A stretch of 59,982 nt of DNA, filler included. It is 3 parts of 3 records of this genome, joined end to end, with 100 filler letters (N's around TTAATTAATTAA, not from the genome) between each part and the next. Parts side by side here need not be neighbours in the genome. Positions count along the whole stretch, not along the records: positions 31,923 to 53,273 come from SRR20825019_137; 2 more parts are not named here. The stretch is one strand, 5' to 3'. A program made the translations under genes and the position numbers. The notes below the pieces were generated by a model that ran no database searches, was not told the DNA's origin, and was given only the letters and a program-made list of their open reading frames with translations. Every line of letters begins with the position of its first letter. Position 1 is the stretch's first letter. This document shows positions 32,341 through 44,001 of the stretch, one piece after another.

Positions 32341-33538
32341 GGGCAAGCCTCCGTTTGATGTTGGCCTGAACCACATAATGGTCCATCAGCGGTGCAAAGA
32401 GGTTGGCAAACAGAATTGCCAGCATGATGCCTTCCGGGAATGCCGGGTTGATCACGCGAATCAGTACGGTCATCACGCCGACCAGGATACCGAAGCACCA
32501 GCGACCCGTGTTGGTCATCGCCGCCGACACCGGATCGGTCGCCATGAACATCATGCCAAAGGCAAAGCCACCCATCACCAGATGCCAGTGTGCCGGCACG
32601 TCAAACATTGGGTTGGTATCCGAGCCAATCACGTTCAGCAGCAGCGACATGGCAATCATACCGATCAACACGCCACCGACGATGCGATAGGACGCGATTT
32701 TCATCACCAGCAGGATAATGCCGCCGATCAACACCGCCAGCGTTGAGGTCTCACCCATAGAGCCCTGAATCGAACCCATAAAGGCTGACATCCAGCCAAT
32801 CTGGGTTTCCAGTGCTTCCAGGCCACCACTGGCAGCCCAGCTCAGCGCGGTCGCGCCACTGAAACCGTCGACGGCCGTCCATACCGTGTCACCGGAAATC
32901 TGGGCCGGATAGGCAAAATACAGGAACGCACGACCGGTGAGGGCCGGGTTCAGGAAGTTCTTGCCGGTGCCGCCAAACACTTCCTTGCCAATGACCACAC
33001 CGAAGGTGATACCAAGGGCAACCTGCCACAGCGGAATGGTTGGCGGGCATATCAACGCGAACAGCACGGATGTCACGAAGAAGCCTTCGTTCACTTCGTG
33101 ACGACGTACCGTGGCAAATAGCACTTCCCAGAAACCGCCCACCACGAAGGTGACGAAGTAAATGGGTACGAAGTACGCCATGCCGTAGACAAAGTTGTCC
33201 CAGATGCTGGCGGCATTATTGCCGGCCAGGGCACTGATAAAGGCAGTACGCAGACCACCGTCACCCATCAGCGCGTCAGGATTCTCAGCCAGGAAGCTGT
33301 TGGCCTGGAAGCCAATGTTCCACATACCGAAGAACATTGCGGGGAAGGTACACAGCCATACCGTAATCATGATGCGTTTAAGATCAATACCATCACGCAC
33401 ATGAGAGGTAGTGGATGTCACGCTAGCCGGTGAATAGAAAATCGTATCCACCGCTTCGTAAAGCGCATACCAGCGCTCGTACTTGCCACCTTTTTCGAAA
33501 TGATGCTCGATACCATCGAGAAACTGTCGGATTGCCAT
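32333..33538 (-). CDS. nqrB: Na(+)-NQR subunit B
   Basis: [41 protein letters not shown] site, FMATDPVS. Confidence 0.97.
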   Translation of the reverse strand: MAIRQFLDGIEHHFEKGGKYERWYALYEAVDTIFYSPASVTSTTSHVRDGIDLKRIMITVWLCTFPAMFFGMWNIGFQANSFLAENPDALMGDGGLRTAFISALAGNNAASIWDNFVYGMAYFVPIYFVTFVVGGFWEVLFATVRRHEVNEGFFVTSVLFALICPPTIPLWQVALGITFGVVIGKEVFGGTGKNFLNPALTGRAFLYFAYPAQISGDTVWTAVDGFSGATALSWAASGGLEALETQIGWMSAFMGSIQGSMGETSTLAVLIGGIILLVMKIASYRIVGGVLIGMIAMSLLLNVIGSDTNPMFDVPAHWHLVMGGFAFGMMFMATDPVSAAMTNTGRWCFGILVGVMTVLIRVINPAFPEGIMLAILFANLFAPLMDHYVVQANIKRRLARG

Positions 33539-33542
33539 CGTT

Positions 33543-34889
33543 TTAGCCCTCGATCTCGATTCTGGTCAGGTTCTCACGGAGAATCGGACCGTACTCGTAT
33601 TTACCCGGGCACACGAAGGTACACAGCGCCAGATCTTCTTCATCCAGCTCCAACGCACCCAGTTTTTGTGCCATTTCAGTGTCGCCCACGATCAAAGACC
33701 GCAACAACTGGGTAGGCAGAATGTCCAGAGGCATGACCTTTTCGTACATCCCTACTGGCACCATCGCCCGCTCACTGCCGTTGGTCGTGGTCGTCATATC
33801 AAACCGCTTTCCGCCGACCAGTTTGGACAGGTAGATGTTCATAACCGAGAACTTGTTGGCTCCCGGCGACAGCCAGCCCATAAACTCTCGTTTGTTGCCC
33901 TCTTCCAGAACCGAGATCTGGTTGGCGAAACGACCAAGGTAGTTACAGGGCCCGTCACCACGACGACCACCGAACACAGAGCCGGAAATTTTGCGAACCT
34001 CGCAGTCCGTGGCGATTTCACCATCAAGAAGTTCATCAAGGTTGGCGCCGACACGGGTACGAATCAGGCGCGGCTTGAGGGCCTTCGGACCACCGACCGC
34101 AACAATACGGTTCACCGACAGCTCGCCGGTCTCGAACAGTTTTGCGATATCAATGACGTCCTGGTAGCCGATACTCCATACCACTTTGTCCCCGGCAATG
34201 GGATCGAGGTAATGAATATGAGTACCTACGTTACCCGCCGGATGAACACCCTCAAACTGCTGAACTTCCACGCTGTCGTCAGACGGAACCGGCACATCAG
34301 AGCCCGGCTTGCCGGTCACAAACACCTTACCGGTGGTCAGCTTGGAGAGAATCTTCAGCCCCTGCTCGAAGGCCGCACCGTTTTCACGGATGATCACTGT
34401 GGGATCTGCTGCCAGCGGATTAGTGTCCATGACGGACACGAAGATGGAATGCGGCGCCGTATCAATGGCAGGCACCTTACTGTAGGGACGGGTCTTGAAG
34501 GTTGTCCACAACCCGGACTCGACCAGGTTATCGACGACTTGCTGACGCTCCAGACCAGCAACATCAGACGCATCGTAACGCGCAAAGGTCTCAGCTTCAT
34601 CGCCGTCGATTTCAACGACAACCGACTGAAACACACGGCGCTCGCCGCGGTTGATTTCCTTGACCACACCGGCTGCCGGTGAAGTATAACGAACGCCTTC
34701 GGTCTTCTTGTCCGTAAACAGCAGCGTGCCGCGCTTTACACGGTCACCTTCTTTCACAGCCATCGTTGGCTTCATGCCTACGTAGTCAAAACCGATCAAC
34801 GCCACATGGCGAACGGGTTTGCCGTCTGTAATGGTCTGTTCAGGAGCGCCGCTGATGGGAAGATCCAGGCCTTTTTTGATCTTGATCAT
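33543..34889 (-). CDS. nqrA: Na(+)-NQR subunit A
   Basis: Start [16 protein letters not shown] at 34889; [32 protein letters not shown]. Confidence 0.97.
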   Translation of the reverse strand: MIKIKKGLDLPISGAPEQTITDGKPVRHVALIGFDYVGMKPTMAVKEGDRVKRGTLLFTDKKTEGVRYTSPAAGVVKEINRGERRVFQSVVVEIDGDEAETFARYDASDVAGLERQQVVDNLVESGLWTTFKTRPYSKVPAIDTAPHSIFVSVMDTNPLAADPTVIIRENGAAFEQGLKILSKLTTGKVFVTGKPGSDVPVPSDDSVEVQQFEGVHPAGNVGTHIHYLDPIAGDKVVWSIGYQDVIDIAKLFETGELSVNRIVAVGGPKALKPRLIRTRVGANLDELLDGEIATDCEVRKISGSVFGGRRGDGPCNYLGRFANQISVLEEGNKREFMGWLSPGANKFSVMNIYLSKLVGGKRFDMTTTTNGSERAMVPVGMYEKVMPLDILPTQLLRSLIVGDTEMAQKLGALELDEEDLALCTFVCPGKYEYGPILRENLTRIEIEG

Positions 34890-35171
34890 TAGCCTCATCC
34901 AATCATCAGAAACTATTCGATGGATTTGTAACGCCCGACGCGTGCCGCCCAGTTGTGCCAATCCGGCCTGAACCGAATGATGGCGCCAGGGCAACGGATC
35001 CACCGGCGTTAATCACAGCCAGGCATCCGGTTAAGGAAAAGCGATGGGAAGCGGGTGTCAGACGTACCCAAAATCGCGCCAATTATAGAGATTAAGGAAT
35101 ACTATTTCCACCAGAAACCCTACGGAGTTTGTGCCTTAACGTAATCAGAGAGTGGTTTACATGGGCGCAAA

Positions 35172-35207
35172 AAGAAACCCCGGTCGCGAAAACGACCGGG
35201 GTTTCTT
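35172..35207 (-). terminator. Rho-independent terminator downstream of gap
   Basis: 15-bp perfect inverted repeat AAGAAACCCCGGTCG/CGACCGGGGTTTCTT followed by a U-tract on the minus strand. Confidence 0.85.
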
Positions 35208-35234
35208 AATTGCCTCAGAGCACTTTTGGGCTCG

Positions 35235-36704
35235 TCAGCCTCTAACCCGCTTCGGGAAGATCGGATAGGTAACACCCGCCATCTGATTAACCACGCGAAT
35301 CACCTGGGCGCTGTAACCAGCCTCATTGTCATACCAAACGTAGAGGATCAGGCGCTTGCCATTGGCGATGGTGGCCTGCGCATCCACAATGCCGGCATGG
35401 CGGGAACCGACAAAATCGGTGGAAACCACTTCCGGCGAGTTGACGAAGTCAATCTGCTTCTGCAGCTCGGAGTGCAGCGCCATATCGCGAAGGTATTCGT
35501 TAACACCCTCCACCGTTACGTCTTTTTCCAGGTTGAGATTGAGGATTGCCATGGACACGTTCGGAGTGGGAACACGAATGGCATTACCGGAAAGCTTGCC
35601 CTTCAACTCCGGAAGCGCCTTGGCGACGGCCTTCGCAGCACCGGTTTCGGTAATAACCATGTTTAGTGGGGCACTGCGACCACGACGGCTACCCTTATGG
35701 TAGTTATCGATCAGGTTCTGGTCGTTAGTGTAGGAGTGAACCGTCTCGACATGACCGTCCTCAACACCATACTCATCATAAATGGCCTTGAGCACCGGCG
35801 TAATGGCGTTGGTGGTACAGGACGCCGCTGACAGGATCCTGTCTTCGCGGGTGATCCAGTCGTTGTTAATGCCGTGAACAATATTCTTGATGTCGCCCTT
35901 GCCCGGCGCAGTCAGCAAAACCCGGCTGACGCCCTTGGATTTCAGGTGCAGCCCAAGACCAGCCTCGTCACGCCAGATACCCGTGTTATCAATGACGATC
36001 GCATTGTTGATACCGTACTGGGTGTAATCCACCTGATCAGGGCCCGGCGAGTAGATCACCTTGATAAAGTTGCCATTGGCGATCAGCGCAGAGTTCTCTT
36101 CATCCACGGTAATCGTACCGTTGAAAGGACCGTGAACCGAATCACGGCGCAGCAGGCTGGCACGCTTTTCGAGGTCATTGCTTGCCCCACCCTGACGGAC
36201 CACGATGGCGCGCAGGCGCAGGTTGTTGCCGCCACCGGCCTTTTCGATCATGATCCGCGCCAGCAGCCGCCCGATCCGTCCGAAACCGTACAGCACCACA
36301 TCCTTGGTGTCGTTTTCGGCATCTTCCTGAGACTGGGTCTGGTACTCGCCGATAATCGGGCCAATCTCACGTTTGAGGAAGTCGTCAAGAGACCCACCTT
36401 CTTCCTTGAACTTCACCGCAAGCTTGCCAATATCGACATGGCCACGCCCGAGATCCATCTTGTCCATCGCCTGCAGAATAGGCAGGGTGTTGTGAACGGA
36501 CAGTTCGCTGTCTTCAACCTGACGCACGAAGCGGTGTGCGCGGATGATGTCGATGACCGACTGGTTGATAATGGACCGGCCATACACGGACGTGACCACA
36601 TTGTTTTTACGGTAGAGGCGACCGATCAGCGGAATCATGGCTTCCGCAGTGGATTCTCTTTCCGTCCAGTTAGACAGGTGCTGGTTGATCTGTTCGTGAC
36701 TCAC
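35235..36704 (-). CDS. gap: Glyceraldehyde-3-phosphate dehydrogenase, long form with N-terminal extension
   Basis: VVLYGFGRIGR, ASCTTN catalytic motif, WYDNE; ~130-aa N-terminal extension as in the gammaproteobacterial copy next to mfd. Confidence 0.95.
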   Translation of the reverse strand: MSHEQINQHLSNWTERESTAEAMIPLIGRLYRKNNVVTSVYGRSIINQSVIDIIRAHRFVRQVEDSELSVHNTLPILQAMDKMDLGRGHVDIGKLAVKFKEEGGSLDDFLKREIGPIIGEYQTQSQEDAENDTKDVVLYGFGRIGRLLARIMIEKAGGGNNLRLRAIVVRQGGASNDLEKRASLLRRDSVHGPFNGTITVDEENSALIANGNFIKVIYSPGPDQVDYTQYGINNAIVIDNTGIWRDEAGLGLHLKSKGVSRVLLTAPGKGDIKNIVHGINNDWITREDRILSAASCTTNAITPVLKAIYDEYGVEDGHVETVHSYTNDQNLIDNYHKGSRRGRSAPLNMVITETGAAKAVAKALPELKGKLSGNAIRVPTPNVSMAILNLNLEKDVTVEGVNEYLRDMALHSELQKQIDFVNSPEVVSTDFVGSRHAGIVDAQATIANGKRLILYVWYDNEAGYSAQVIRVVNQMAGVTYPIFPKRVRG

Positions 36705-36897
36705 GCTTGAACCTCTGCAGTTGGAACCTGGAAAATTGGGGCAGTATTATCCAACGTTATTTCTCAGACAGCAAATACACCCCGTTAATCCTTTCGTAAC
36801 TGTTGGACCGCTGTCATGACAGCGACACTTCTGGCCGGTAGAATACGCGCCTCGCCACTCCCCGGCTCCCAATGCATCCAGGAGAAAGAACCAGCCC

Positions 36898-39800
36898 ATG
36901 ACGCAAGCCGCCGCCCACTCCGACAGACACACCGCACTGGTTGCGCCGGTCGCACCTGTCAAGGCTGCGGATCACCGCATCTGGGGGCAACTGCATGGCA
37001 GCAGCGACGCCCTGGCCATCTGCGAGAGCGCCAGGGCCCATCAGGGCCTGACACTGGTAATAACCCGCAGCACCGAGGAGTCCATCCGCCTCGAGCAGTC
37101 CATGCGATTCTATCTGGGCCTGCCCACCGATGAAGACCAACCGGCCATCACACCGGATGGACTCGAGCTACTGTCGCTGCCCGACTGGGAAACCCTGCCC
37201 TACGATCTGTTTTCACCACACCAGGACATTACCTCCCGTCGAATCCGGGCTCTACACCGGTTGCCAACCACAAACCACGGCGTCCTGGTGGTGCCCGCCC
37301 GCACCCTGATGCACCGGCTGCCGCCGGTCAGTTACCTGCAGGGCAACACTCTGCTTCTTGAGGTTGGGCAGTCACTGGATATCGACAACTGGCGAATGCA
37401 GCTGGAATCAGCCGGCTACCGGCACGCCGATAATGTCTATGAACACGGCGAATACGCAGTGCGCGGAGCTATCCTGGACATTTTTCCCATGGGCGCCACC
37501 CGCCCCTACCGCATCGATCTGTTCGATGATGAAATTGAAACACTGCGAACCTTTGACCCGGAAACCCAGCGCTCGATCGACCGAATCGAACGCATTGAGC
37601 TGTTGCCCGCCAACGAGTTTCCCTGGCATAAAGAAGCCCGCTCAGGGTTCCGCAATCGATGGTTCGAGCAGTTCCCCCACGCCGACAAGGACGCCCCGAT
37701 CTACCAGGATGTCACCCACGGCATTACACCGCCGGGGATCGAGTACTATTTGCCCCTGTTCTTCGACCAGACCGCAACGCTCTTTGACTACCTGCCCGGC
37801 GAAACCCTGGTATTCACAGCATCCGGACTTAACGAGGCCGCCAGCGCCTTCGACGCCGACACCCGTGCACGCTACGAGGACCGTCGCCACGACCGGATGC
37901 GTCCTATCCTGCCGCCAGCAGAACTGTTTCTCCAGAAGGACGAGCTGTTCGGCCTGCTCAAGGGATTTCCCCGGGTAACAATGACCACGGAAGCCACCGA
38001 GTCCAGCGGCGGCCGCAATTGCCAGACCGACGTCATGCCCGATGTTGCGATGGATGGCCGTGCCGCAGACCCGGCTGGGCGCCTCAAGCGCTTTATCAGT
38101 GAGTTCCACGGTCGGGTCCTGATCTGTGCGGAGTCCTCTGGCCGACGTGAGGCGCTGATTGAGAACCTGGCTGACCATGGCCTCAAACTGTCGACTCTGG
38201 AAAACTGGCAGGCCTTTGTCAGCGACCCGTCCGCCACCCTCGGCATTACCGTCGCACCCATGGAATATGGGTTGCTATTGCCTGACCATCACCTCGCTCT
38301 GATCACGGAAACAGCCCTCTTCGGTGAACGGGTGCTGCAGCGTCGGCGCCGGGAGAAACCGACCGAGGCCGACGATGCTGGCTACCGGGACCTGTCCGAG
38401 CTGCGCATTGGCGCACCGGTGGTTCATATAGACCATGGTGTTGGCCGCTACCAGGGCCTGGAAACCATTACCGTTGAAGGCGAAGCCAGCGAATTCCTGA
38501 TGCTGGAGTACGCCGGCGGCTCGAAACTTTATGTACCGGTTTCCAGCCTGCATCTGATTTCCCGCTATACCGGTTCGGATACTGATCACGCGCCTTTACA
38601 CAAGTTGGGCACGGATCGCTGGAGCAACGCCAAACAAAAGGCTCTGGAGAAAATCCGCGATACTGCAGCGGAACTACTGGATGTCTACGCGCGCCGGGAG
38701 GCCCGCAAGGGCTTTGCCTTTGAAGACCCCAAAGAAGCCTACCGTGCCTTCGCCGCCGGTTTCCCCTTTGAGGAAACCCCGGACCAGCAGGCGGCCATTG
38801 AGGCTGTGTTCGAGGACATGGTCAGTGAAAAACCCATGGACCGCCTGGTCTGTGGCGATGTTGGCTTCGGCAAGACCGAAGTGGCCATGCGCGCTGCCTT
38901 CATGGCGACATACTCCGGCAAGCAGGTCGCTGTGCTGGTGCCTACCACCCTGCTGGCGCAGCAGCATTACGAATCCTTCCGCGACCGCTTCTCGGATACC
39001 GCCGTCCATGTCGAGCTACTCAGCCGTTTCCGGAGCGGCGGGCAAACCACCAAAGCGATGGCCGCCATCGAAGCCGGCAAAGCCGATATTGTTATCGGCA
39101 CACACAAGCTGCTCCAAGGTGACATCAAGTTCAAGAATCTGGGCCTGGTGATCATCGATGAAGAACACCGGTTCGGCGTCCAGCAGAAAGAACGTCTGAA
39201 GGCCCTGCGTGCCGAGGTGGACATGCTGAACCTGACCGCCACGCCGATCCCCCGCACCCTCAACATGGCCATGGGGCACCTGCGGGATCTGTCGATCATC
39301 GCCACGCCCCCCGCGCGACGCCTGTCGGTAAAAACCTTTGTGCGACAGCGGGACGAGGCCATGGTCAAAGAAGCCATCCTTCGGGAGGTACTGCGAGGCG
39401 GCCAGGTGTACTTCCTGCACAACGATGTGGCCACCATCGAGAAAACCGCCGAGGATCTGCGCCAACTGATCCCGGAAGCACGCGTGGGCGTTGCCCATGG
39501 CCAGATGCGCGAGCGCGAGCTGGAACAGATCATGTCGGACTTCTATCACAAGCGCTTCAACGTGCTGGTGTGCACCACCATTATCGAAACCGGCATCGAC
39601 ATTCCCAGCGCCAACACCATTATCATCGAGCGCGCGGACAAGTTCGGGCTGGCACAGCTGCACCAGCTCCGCGGCCGTGTCGGGCGCTCTCACCATCAGG
39701 CCTACGCCTATCTGCTGACACCACCACCCCGGTCCATCACCGCCGACGCGAAAAAGCGCCTTGAAGCCATCTCGGAAGCGCAGGACCTGGGTGCCGGCTT

Positions 39801-40407
39801 CATGCTGGCCACCCACGACCTCGAAATTCGCGGCGCCGGGGAGTTGCTGGGAGAAGAGCAAAGCGGCCAGATCGAAAGCATTGGTTTTACGCTTTACATG
39901 CAGCTACTGGACGAAGCCGTGGAAGCAATACGCGACGGCAGAACGCCTAATGCCGAGTTGCCGCTGAGCCACGGCACGGAAATGAACCTTCGCATACCAG
40001 CGCTGATCCCCGAGGATTACCTGCCCGATGTCCACAACCGGCTCATGCTTTACAAGCGAATCGCCAGCGTGAACGACAAAGATGGATTAAAAGAACTTCA
40101 GGTTGAAATGATCGACCGCTTCGGACTATTACCGGAACCGGCAAAAAACCTGATTCGACAGTCCGAGCTCCGAATCCACGCGGAAGCCCTGGGAATCGTG
40201 AAGGTGGACGCCGGAAAAGAATGGGCCAGGCTGGAATTCGGCAGTTCTACGCCAGTGGATCCGCTGGTTCTGGTTAAAAAAGTGCAATCCTCGCCAGACC
40301 AGTATCGGCTGGAAGGCGCCAACAGTTTCCGTTTCCGGCTGAAGGATGCCTCAACCAGTGGTAAACTCGACGGCATTTCCGACATGCTGGGGCAGCTGGC
40401 CTCCTGA
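36898..40407 (+). CDS. mfd: Transcription-repair coupling factor
   Basis: PDWETLPYD, VVHIDHGVGRY, CGDVGFGKTEVA, IIDEEHRFG, QLRGRVGR, DLEIRGAGELLG, TRCF C-terminus. Confidence 0.98.
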   Translation: MTQAAAHSDRHTALVAPVAPVKAADHRIWGQLHGSSDALAICESARAHQGLTLVITRSTEESIRLEQSMRFYLGLPTDEDQPAITPDGLELLSLPDWETLPYDLFSPHQDITSRRIRALHRLPTTNHGVLVVPARTLMHRLPPVSYLQGNTLLLEVGQSLDIDNWRMQLESAGYRHADNVYEHGEYAVRGAILDIFPMGATRPYRIDLFDDEIETLRTFDPETQRSIDRIERIELLPANEFPWHKEARSGFRNRWFEQFPHADKDAPIYQDVTHGITPPGIEYYLPLFFDQTATLFDYLPGETLVFTASGLNEAASAFDADTRARYEDRRHDRMRPILPPAELFLQKDELFGLLKGFPRVTMTTEATESSGGRNCQTDVMPDVAMDGRAADPAGRLKRFISEFHGRVLICAESSGRREALIENLADHGLKLSTLENWQAFVSDPSATLGITVAPMEYGLLLPDHHLALITETALFGERVLQRRRREKPTEADDAGYRDLSELRIGAPVVHIDHGVGRYQGLETITVEGEASEFLMLEYAGGSKLYVPVSSLHLISRYTGSDTDHAPLHKLGTDRWSNAKQKALEKIRDTAAELLDVYARREARKGFAFEDPKEAYRAFAAGFPFEETPDQQAAIEAVFEDMVSEKPMDRLVCGDVGFGKTEVAMRAAFMATYSGKQVAVLVPTTLLAQQHYESFRDRFSDTAVHVELLSRFRSGGQTTKAMAAIEAGKADIVIGTHKLLQGDIKFKNLGLVIIDEEHRFGVQQKERLKALRAEVDMLNLTATPIPRTLNMAMGHLRDLSIIATPPARRLSVKTFVRQRDEAMVKEAILREVLRGGQVYFLHNDVATIEKTAEDLRQLIPEARVGVAHGQMRERELEQIMSDFYHKRFNVLVCTTIIETGIDIPSANTIIIERADKFGLAQLHQLRGRVGRSHHQAYAYLLTPPPRSITADAKKRLEAISEAQDLGAGFMLATHDLEIRGAGELLGEEQSGQIESIGFTLYMQLLDEAVEAIRDGRTPNAELPLSHGTEMNLRIPALIPEDYLPDVHNRLMLYKRIASVNDKDGLKELQVEMIDRFGLLPEPAKNLIRQSELRIHAEALGIVKVDAGKEWARLEFGSSTPVDPLVLVKKVQSSPDQYRLEGANSFRFRLKDASTSGKLDGISDMLGQLAS

Positions 40408-40453
40408 AACAACCGGTTCAGCGCCCCCTGATGATCACAGGAACATTGGAGCA

Positions 40454-41371
40454 ATGCCCTTGCGAACGCCCGGTAAACCGTTGTACGGAACACGCGCCCT
40501 ATTTCTGGCGGCCCTGCTGGCCCTGTCACCCTGGGTGTCAGCCCAGGAATCATCCGGGCCCGCCGCAGGCGCAACATCCGAAGAACAGGGACGCGACAAC
40601 GCTGCGTCACAGGCCCAGCCTCCCCGTGAAGACTACTACCGGGCTGAGTTCGTAATCCTCGAAAGGATCGTCGATCCGGCCGATGTCAACGAGAAAATGG
40701 CCAACCGAATTCCAGAGCCGACCAACCTGGACATCACCGAAATACTTCGAGCCGTGGATCGCAACGGAACCGCGGAAACCACCCGACAGTTGGTCCCGCG
40801 AAGCCAGCTTCACCTGCGGACAGCCGCCAACCGACTGGAAAACAGTGGCCGCTTCCGGATACTCCTGGCCACAGGGTGGTACCAGTCTTTCCCCCCTGAC
40901 TTTGACGGAGAACCCCTGAAGGTCGCTATTGGCGATTGGCTGGCCGATGCCGGGCTCCGGGAAGTGGAAGGCCATATCACCATCGATCGACAACGCTATC
41001 TCCACGTGGATGTCCACCTCAACCACTGGCAGCCCCTGTCATTGCAACAGGCCACGCTCAGCCAGAGTTCAGACGAAGCAGCGACGGCAAGCGGTAACAA
41101 TCAGCCAATGGACGACGGTGCTGGGCAGGAAGCTACGGGCAATGACCAGCCTGCCCTCGAAAACGATGAAGCCCGGGACTCGCTGGCCTCAATGGCAACG
41201 GGTGGCGACATTGCAAGAGCAGATCAGACGCAGGTTTCCAGCGCCAGTCAGCCAAAGGCGGAGTTAATCACCTGGATACGGGAAACACGCCGCATGCGCA
41301 GCGAGGAAGTCCATTTCCTCGACTCCCCCACCATTGGCGTGCTGGTGTTTTTCAAGAAGGTTGAGGAGTAA
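40454..41371 (+). CDS. CsiV-like periplasmic peptidoglycan-binding protein
   Basis: Signal peptide; EGHITIDRQRYLHVD and RRMRSEEVHFLDSPTIGVLV motifs; conserved position after mfd. Confidence 0.75.
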   Translation: MPLRTPGKPLYGTRALFLAALLALSPWVSAQESSGPAAGATSEEQGRDNAASQAQPPREDYYRAEFVILERIVDPADVNEKMANRIPEPTNLDITEILRAVDRNGTAETTRQLVPRSQLHLRTAANRLENSGRFRILLATGWYQSFPPDFDGEPLKVAIGDWLADAGLREVEGHITIDRQRYLHVDVHLNHWQPLSLQQATLSQSSDEAATASGNNQPMDDGAGQEATGNDQPALENDEARDSLASMATGGDIARADQTQVSSASQPKAELITWIRETRRMRSEEVHFLDSPTIGVLVFFKKVEE

Positions 41372-42134
41372 GGGCTCCAAGCCCGCCAATGGCGATTTCG
41401 AGGATCCGCTTGACGCCGGACATGCCCTGGTCGATAGCGACCTCGATCTCAGTCATCGTTATGATGTGATCCGACTTCCCTGCCGCGCGGTTAACCACCA
41501 GCGCCAGGCACACGTAATTCATCTTCAGTTCAGCCGCCAGAGCCGCTTCCGGCATTCCCGTCATACCGACAAGGTCACAGCCGTCCCGCTCAAGGCGACG
41601 TACTTCCGCTGCGGTCTCCAGTCTGGGCCCCTGTGTTGCACCGTAAACACCGAAATCCGAGAACGAACAACCCGCTGTACGAGCTGCATCAATCAACAGC
41701 GCCCGGGCCAACTCTGAATATGGGAAGGTGAAGTCAATGTGCGTGGTTTCCTCCAACTCGCCCTCAAAGAACGTACTCGCCCTGCCCCAGGTGTAGTCAA
41801 TGATCTGATCGGGAATCACGATATGGGCAGGCCCCATATCGGCATGGATCCCGCCAACCGCATTAACACCGACCACCGAACGTACTCCCGCCTGCTGGAG
41901 CGCATGGAGATTGGCGCGATAGTTCACCTGATGCGGAGGAATACGATGAGGGTTTCCGTGGCGAGACAGGAACACCACCGGCTGATCCCCGAGCAGGCCG
42001 CCCACCAAAACCGACGACGGCTCACCCCAGGGCGTGTCGACAACCCGCTCACCCGTGATTTCCAGCCCAGACAACGTCGTGAGCCCGGTTCCCCCGATGA
42101 TTCCCACGGGGGCAACTTGGTTATTCATACCCAT
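41352..42134 (-). CDS. S-methyl-5'-thioinosine/thioadenosine phosphorylase (PNP/MTAP family)
   Basis: GIIGGTG, SRHG..H..PPHQVNYRAN, QGPRLET.AE, VGMTGMPEA; VVN rather than VTD suggests 6-oxo (MTI) specificity. Confidence 0.88.
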   Translation of the reverse strand: MGMNNQVAPVGIIGGTGLTTLSGLEITGERVVDTPWGEPSSVLVGGLLGDQPVVFLSRHGNPHRIPPHQVNYRANLHALQQAGVRSVVGVNAVGGIHADMGPAHIVIPDQIIDYTWGRASTFFEGELEETTHIDFTFPYSELARALLIDAARTAGCSFSDFGVYGATQGPRLETAAEVRRLERDGCDLVGMTGMPEAALAAELKMNYVCLALVVNRAAGKSDHIITMTEIEVAIDQGMSGVKRILEIAIGGLGALTPQPS

Positions 42135-42136
42135 GA

Positions 42137-43390
42137 TCAGTCCCCGTCCGCCTGGTTACTATCGCCACGTGTTTCCGAAGAGTGCTCGCTTCCAGAAACA
42201 GGCGCACGTCCCTGTTCAACATCTTCGTCAACGGCCTCATCTGACGAATCCGAATCGCTACGACCTTTTGCCGGCTTGCCGTTCGACGCGACACGCACCC
42301 CGTCAGGCAGGTGAAGCGTGCGGGTCGGAAAGGCAACTTCGGCACCATGGCTTTCAATGATCTCGCTGATCCTCAGCAGTACGTCCTGCTTGACCTCATG
42401 AAACCTCACCCATTCGATGGTCTTGGTAAAGGTATAAACCATGATATCCAGCGACGAGTCGTTAAAGGCCAGGAAATTCACGATCAGGGTCTGGTCCTGG
42501 TCGATGTCCTCGTGGTTCTCCAGCATGGACCGGATGTCCGCCACAACCTCAGCCATGCCACTGACATCCACGTAGCGTATACCAATGGTTTCAGAGATAC
42601 GGCGGTTGTGCATGCGCGAGGGGTTTTCTACGGCAATGGTCGTAAAGGCAGCATTCGGCACGTAGAGCGGGCGCTTGTCAAAGGTGCGAATCGTAGTCAG
42701 CCGCCAGCCGATGTGCTCCACCACGCCCTCGATATTACGATCGGGGGAGCGAACCCAGTCGCCGACCTTGAATGGCCGGTCCAGATGGATAATGAACCCG
42801 CCAAAAAAGTTGGCCAGCAGATCCTTCGCGGCAAAGCCCACAGCGATACCACCAACACCACCAAAGGCCAGCACCCCGGATATGCTGTAACCAAGGGATT
42901 GCATGGCAATCAATACCGCGGTGATGATAACAACGGTCCGGGACAGCTTGCTCACCGCATTGACCGTGGTGTAATCCATCGGCTTTTTCATCTTCAGCGG
43001 AGAAGCGAGAATCTGCTCCCCCTGTTTGATCAGCCGAAGCAGCGTCCAGACCAGCAGGAAAACAAAGCCAATCTGCAAAATGGTTTGATTGACTGAAAAG
43101 ATTTCGGCTTCCGAGTAGTGGTGAGCAACCTCTGCCGCCCAATACACACCCTGCAGCCAGACGAACGCGACCACTGGCTTCCGCGCAGCATGAAGCAGTG
43201 CGTCGTCCCAGAGGTTGTCGGTTTTCTGGAAACGTCGTTCGACGGCGCCCACGATGAAACTCGCAATGTAGGCCACCACCGCGGTGCCAGCCACCAGAGC
43301 GAAAACCACGAGCCCCACTCGCCAGCTCTCTGACAGCAGATTCCAGTCCTGAATCCAGGTATTGAGTATGGAAGGTGCTTCTTCGATCAT
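42137..43390 (-). CDS. MscS-family mechanosensitive channel
   Basis: TM helices, GGVGGIAVGFAAKDLLANFFGG, RPFKVGDWV, GVVEHIGWRLTTIR, AFPTRTL. Confidence 0.93.
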   Translation of the reverse strand: MIEEAPSILNTWIQDWNLLSESWRVGLVVFALVAGTAVVAYIASFIVGAVERRFQKTDNLWDDALLHAARKPVVAFVWLQGVYWAAEVAHHYSEAEIFSVNQTILQIGFVFLLVWTLLRLIKQGEQILASPLKMKKPMDYTTVNAVSKLSRTVVIITAVLIAMQSLGYSISGVLAFGGVGGIAVGFAAKDLLANFFGGFIIHLDRPFKVGDWVRSPDRNIEGVVEHIGWRLTTIRTFDKRPLYVPNAAFTTIAVENPSRMHNRRISETIGIRYVDVSGMAEVVADIRSMLENHEDIDQDQTLIVNFLAFNDSSLDIMVYTFTKTIEWVRFHEVKQDVLLRISEIIESHGAEVAFPTRTLHLPDGVRVASNGKPAKGRSDSDSSDEAVDEDVEQGRAPVSGSEHSSETRGDSNQADGD

Positions 43391-43437
43391 CGTTTCCCTC
43401 GGTTTGATGACAACCGGTTTAGTGACAACCGCCGGCG

Positions 43438-43944
43438 CTATCGTATCGTGACGGGCAGGCCCGGCGAGACACGGTCGTATAGGTCAGCAACGTCGGCATT
43501 CCTCATGCGGATGCAACCATGTGAGCGCGGAACGCCCATGGGTTCGGTATCCGGTGTGCCGTGAATGTATATGAACCGACGAAAACTATCGACCCCGGAG
43601 CCCCGATTTCTCCCCGACTCAAGCCCACATAACCAGATAATTCTGGACAGTATCCAGTCACGTTCGGGAAACTGACACGCCAATCGTTCGGAATAAACCT
43701 CCCCGGTGGGCCGGCGGGCGATGAATACGGTATTCAGGGGAAGGCCATCACCCACCATCGCGCGCACGTAATGCCGGCCCGTGGGCGTGCACCCACTGCT
43801 CTGGCGCTCACCGGGGCCATTAAGTGCCGTCGAAACGGGATAGGAGAGAGGCTTTGATGTGTCGCCAGGAAACAGTGTCAGCGTTTGCGCATTGAGACTG
43901 ATCTCGATTCCGGGAACAGGTATGGAAACAGGATTACGTGGCAT
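43438..43944 (-). CDS. L,D-transpeptidase (YkuD domain)
   Basis: YPVSTA..G, TPTG, IYIHGT..SHGCIRM catalytic motif. Confidence 0.9.
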   Translation of the reverse strand: MPRNPVSIPVPGIEISLNAQTLTLFPGDTSKPLSYPVSTALNGPGERQSSGCTPTGRHYVRAMVGDGLPLNTVFIARRPTGEVYSERLACQFPERDWILSRIIWLCGLESGRNRGSGVDSFRRFIYIHGTPDTEPMGVPRSHGCIRMRNADVADLYDRVSPGLPVTIR

Positions 43945-44001
43945 GCGGCGTCAGGCTCCCGGTGAACAAACCAACCGGAAGCCTAACCGAGAGCGAGCGA
44001 C

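Noticed and set aside
33666-39861. Long antisense ORFs opposite nqrA, gap and mfd
   Set aside because: Shadow ORFs caused by codon bias of the real genes
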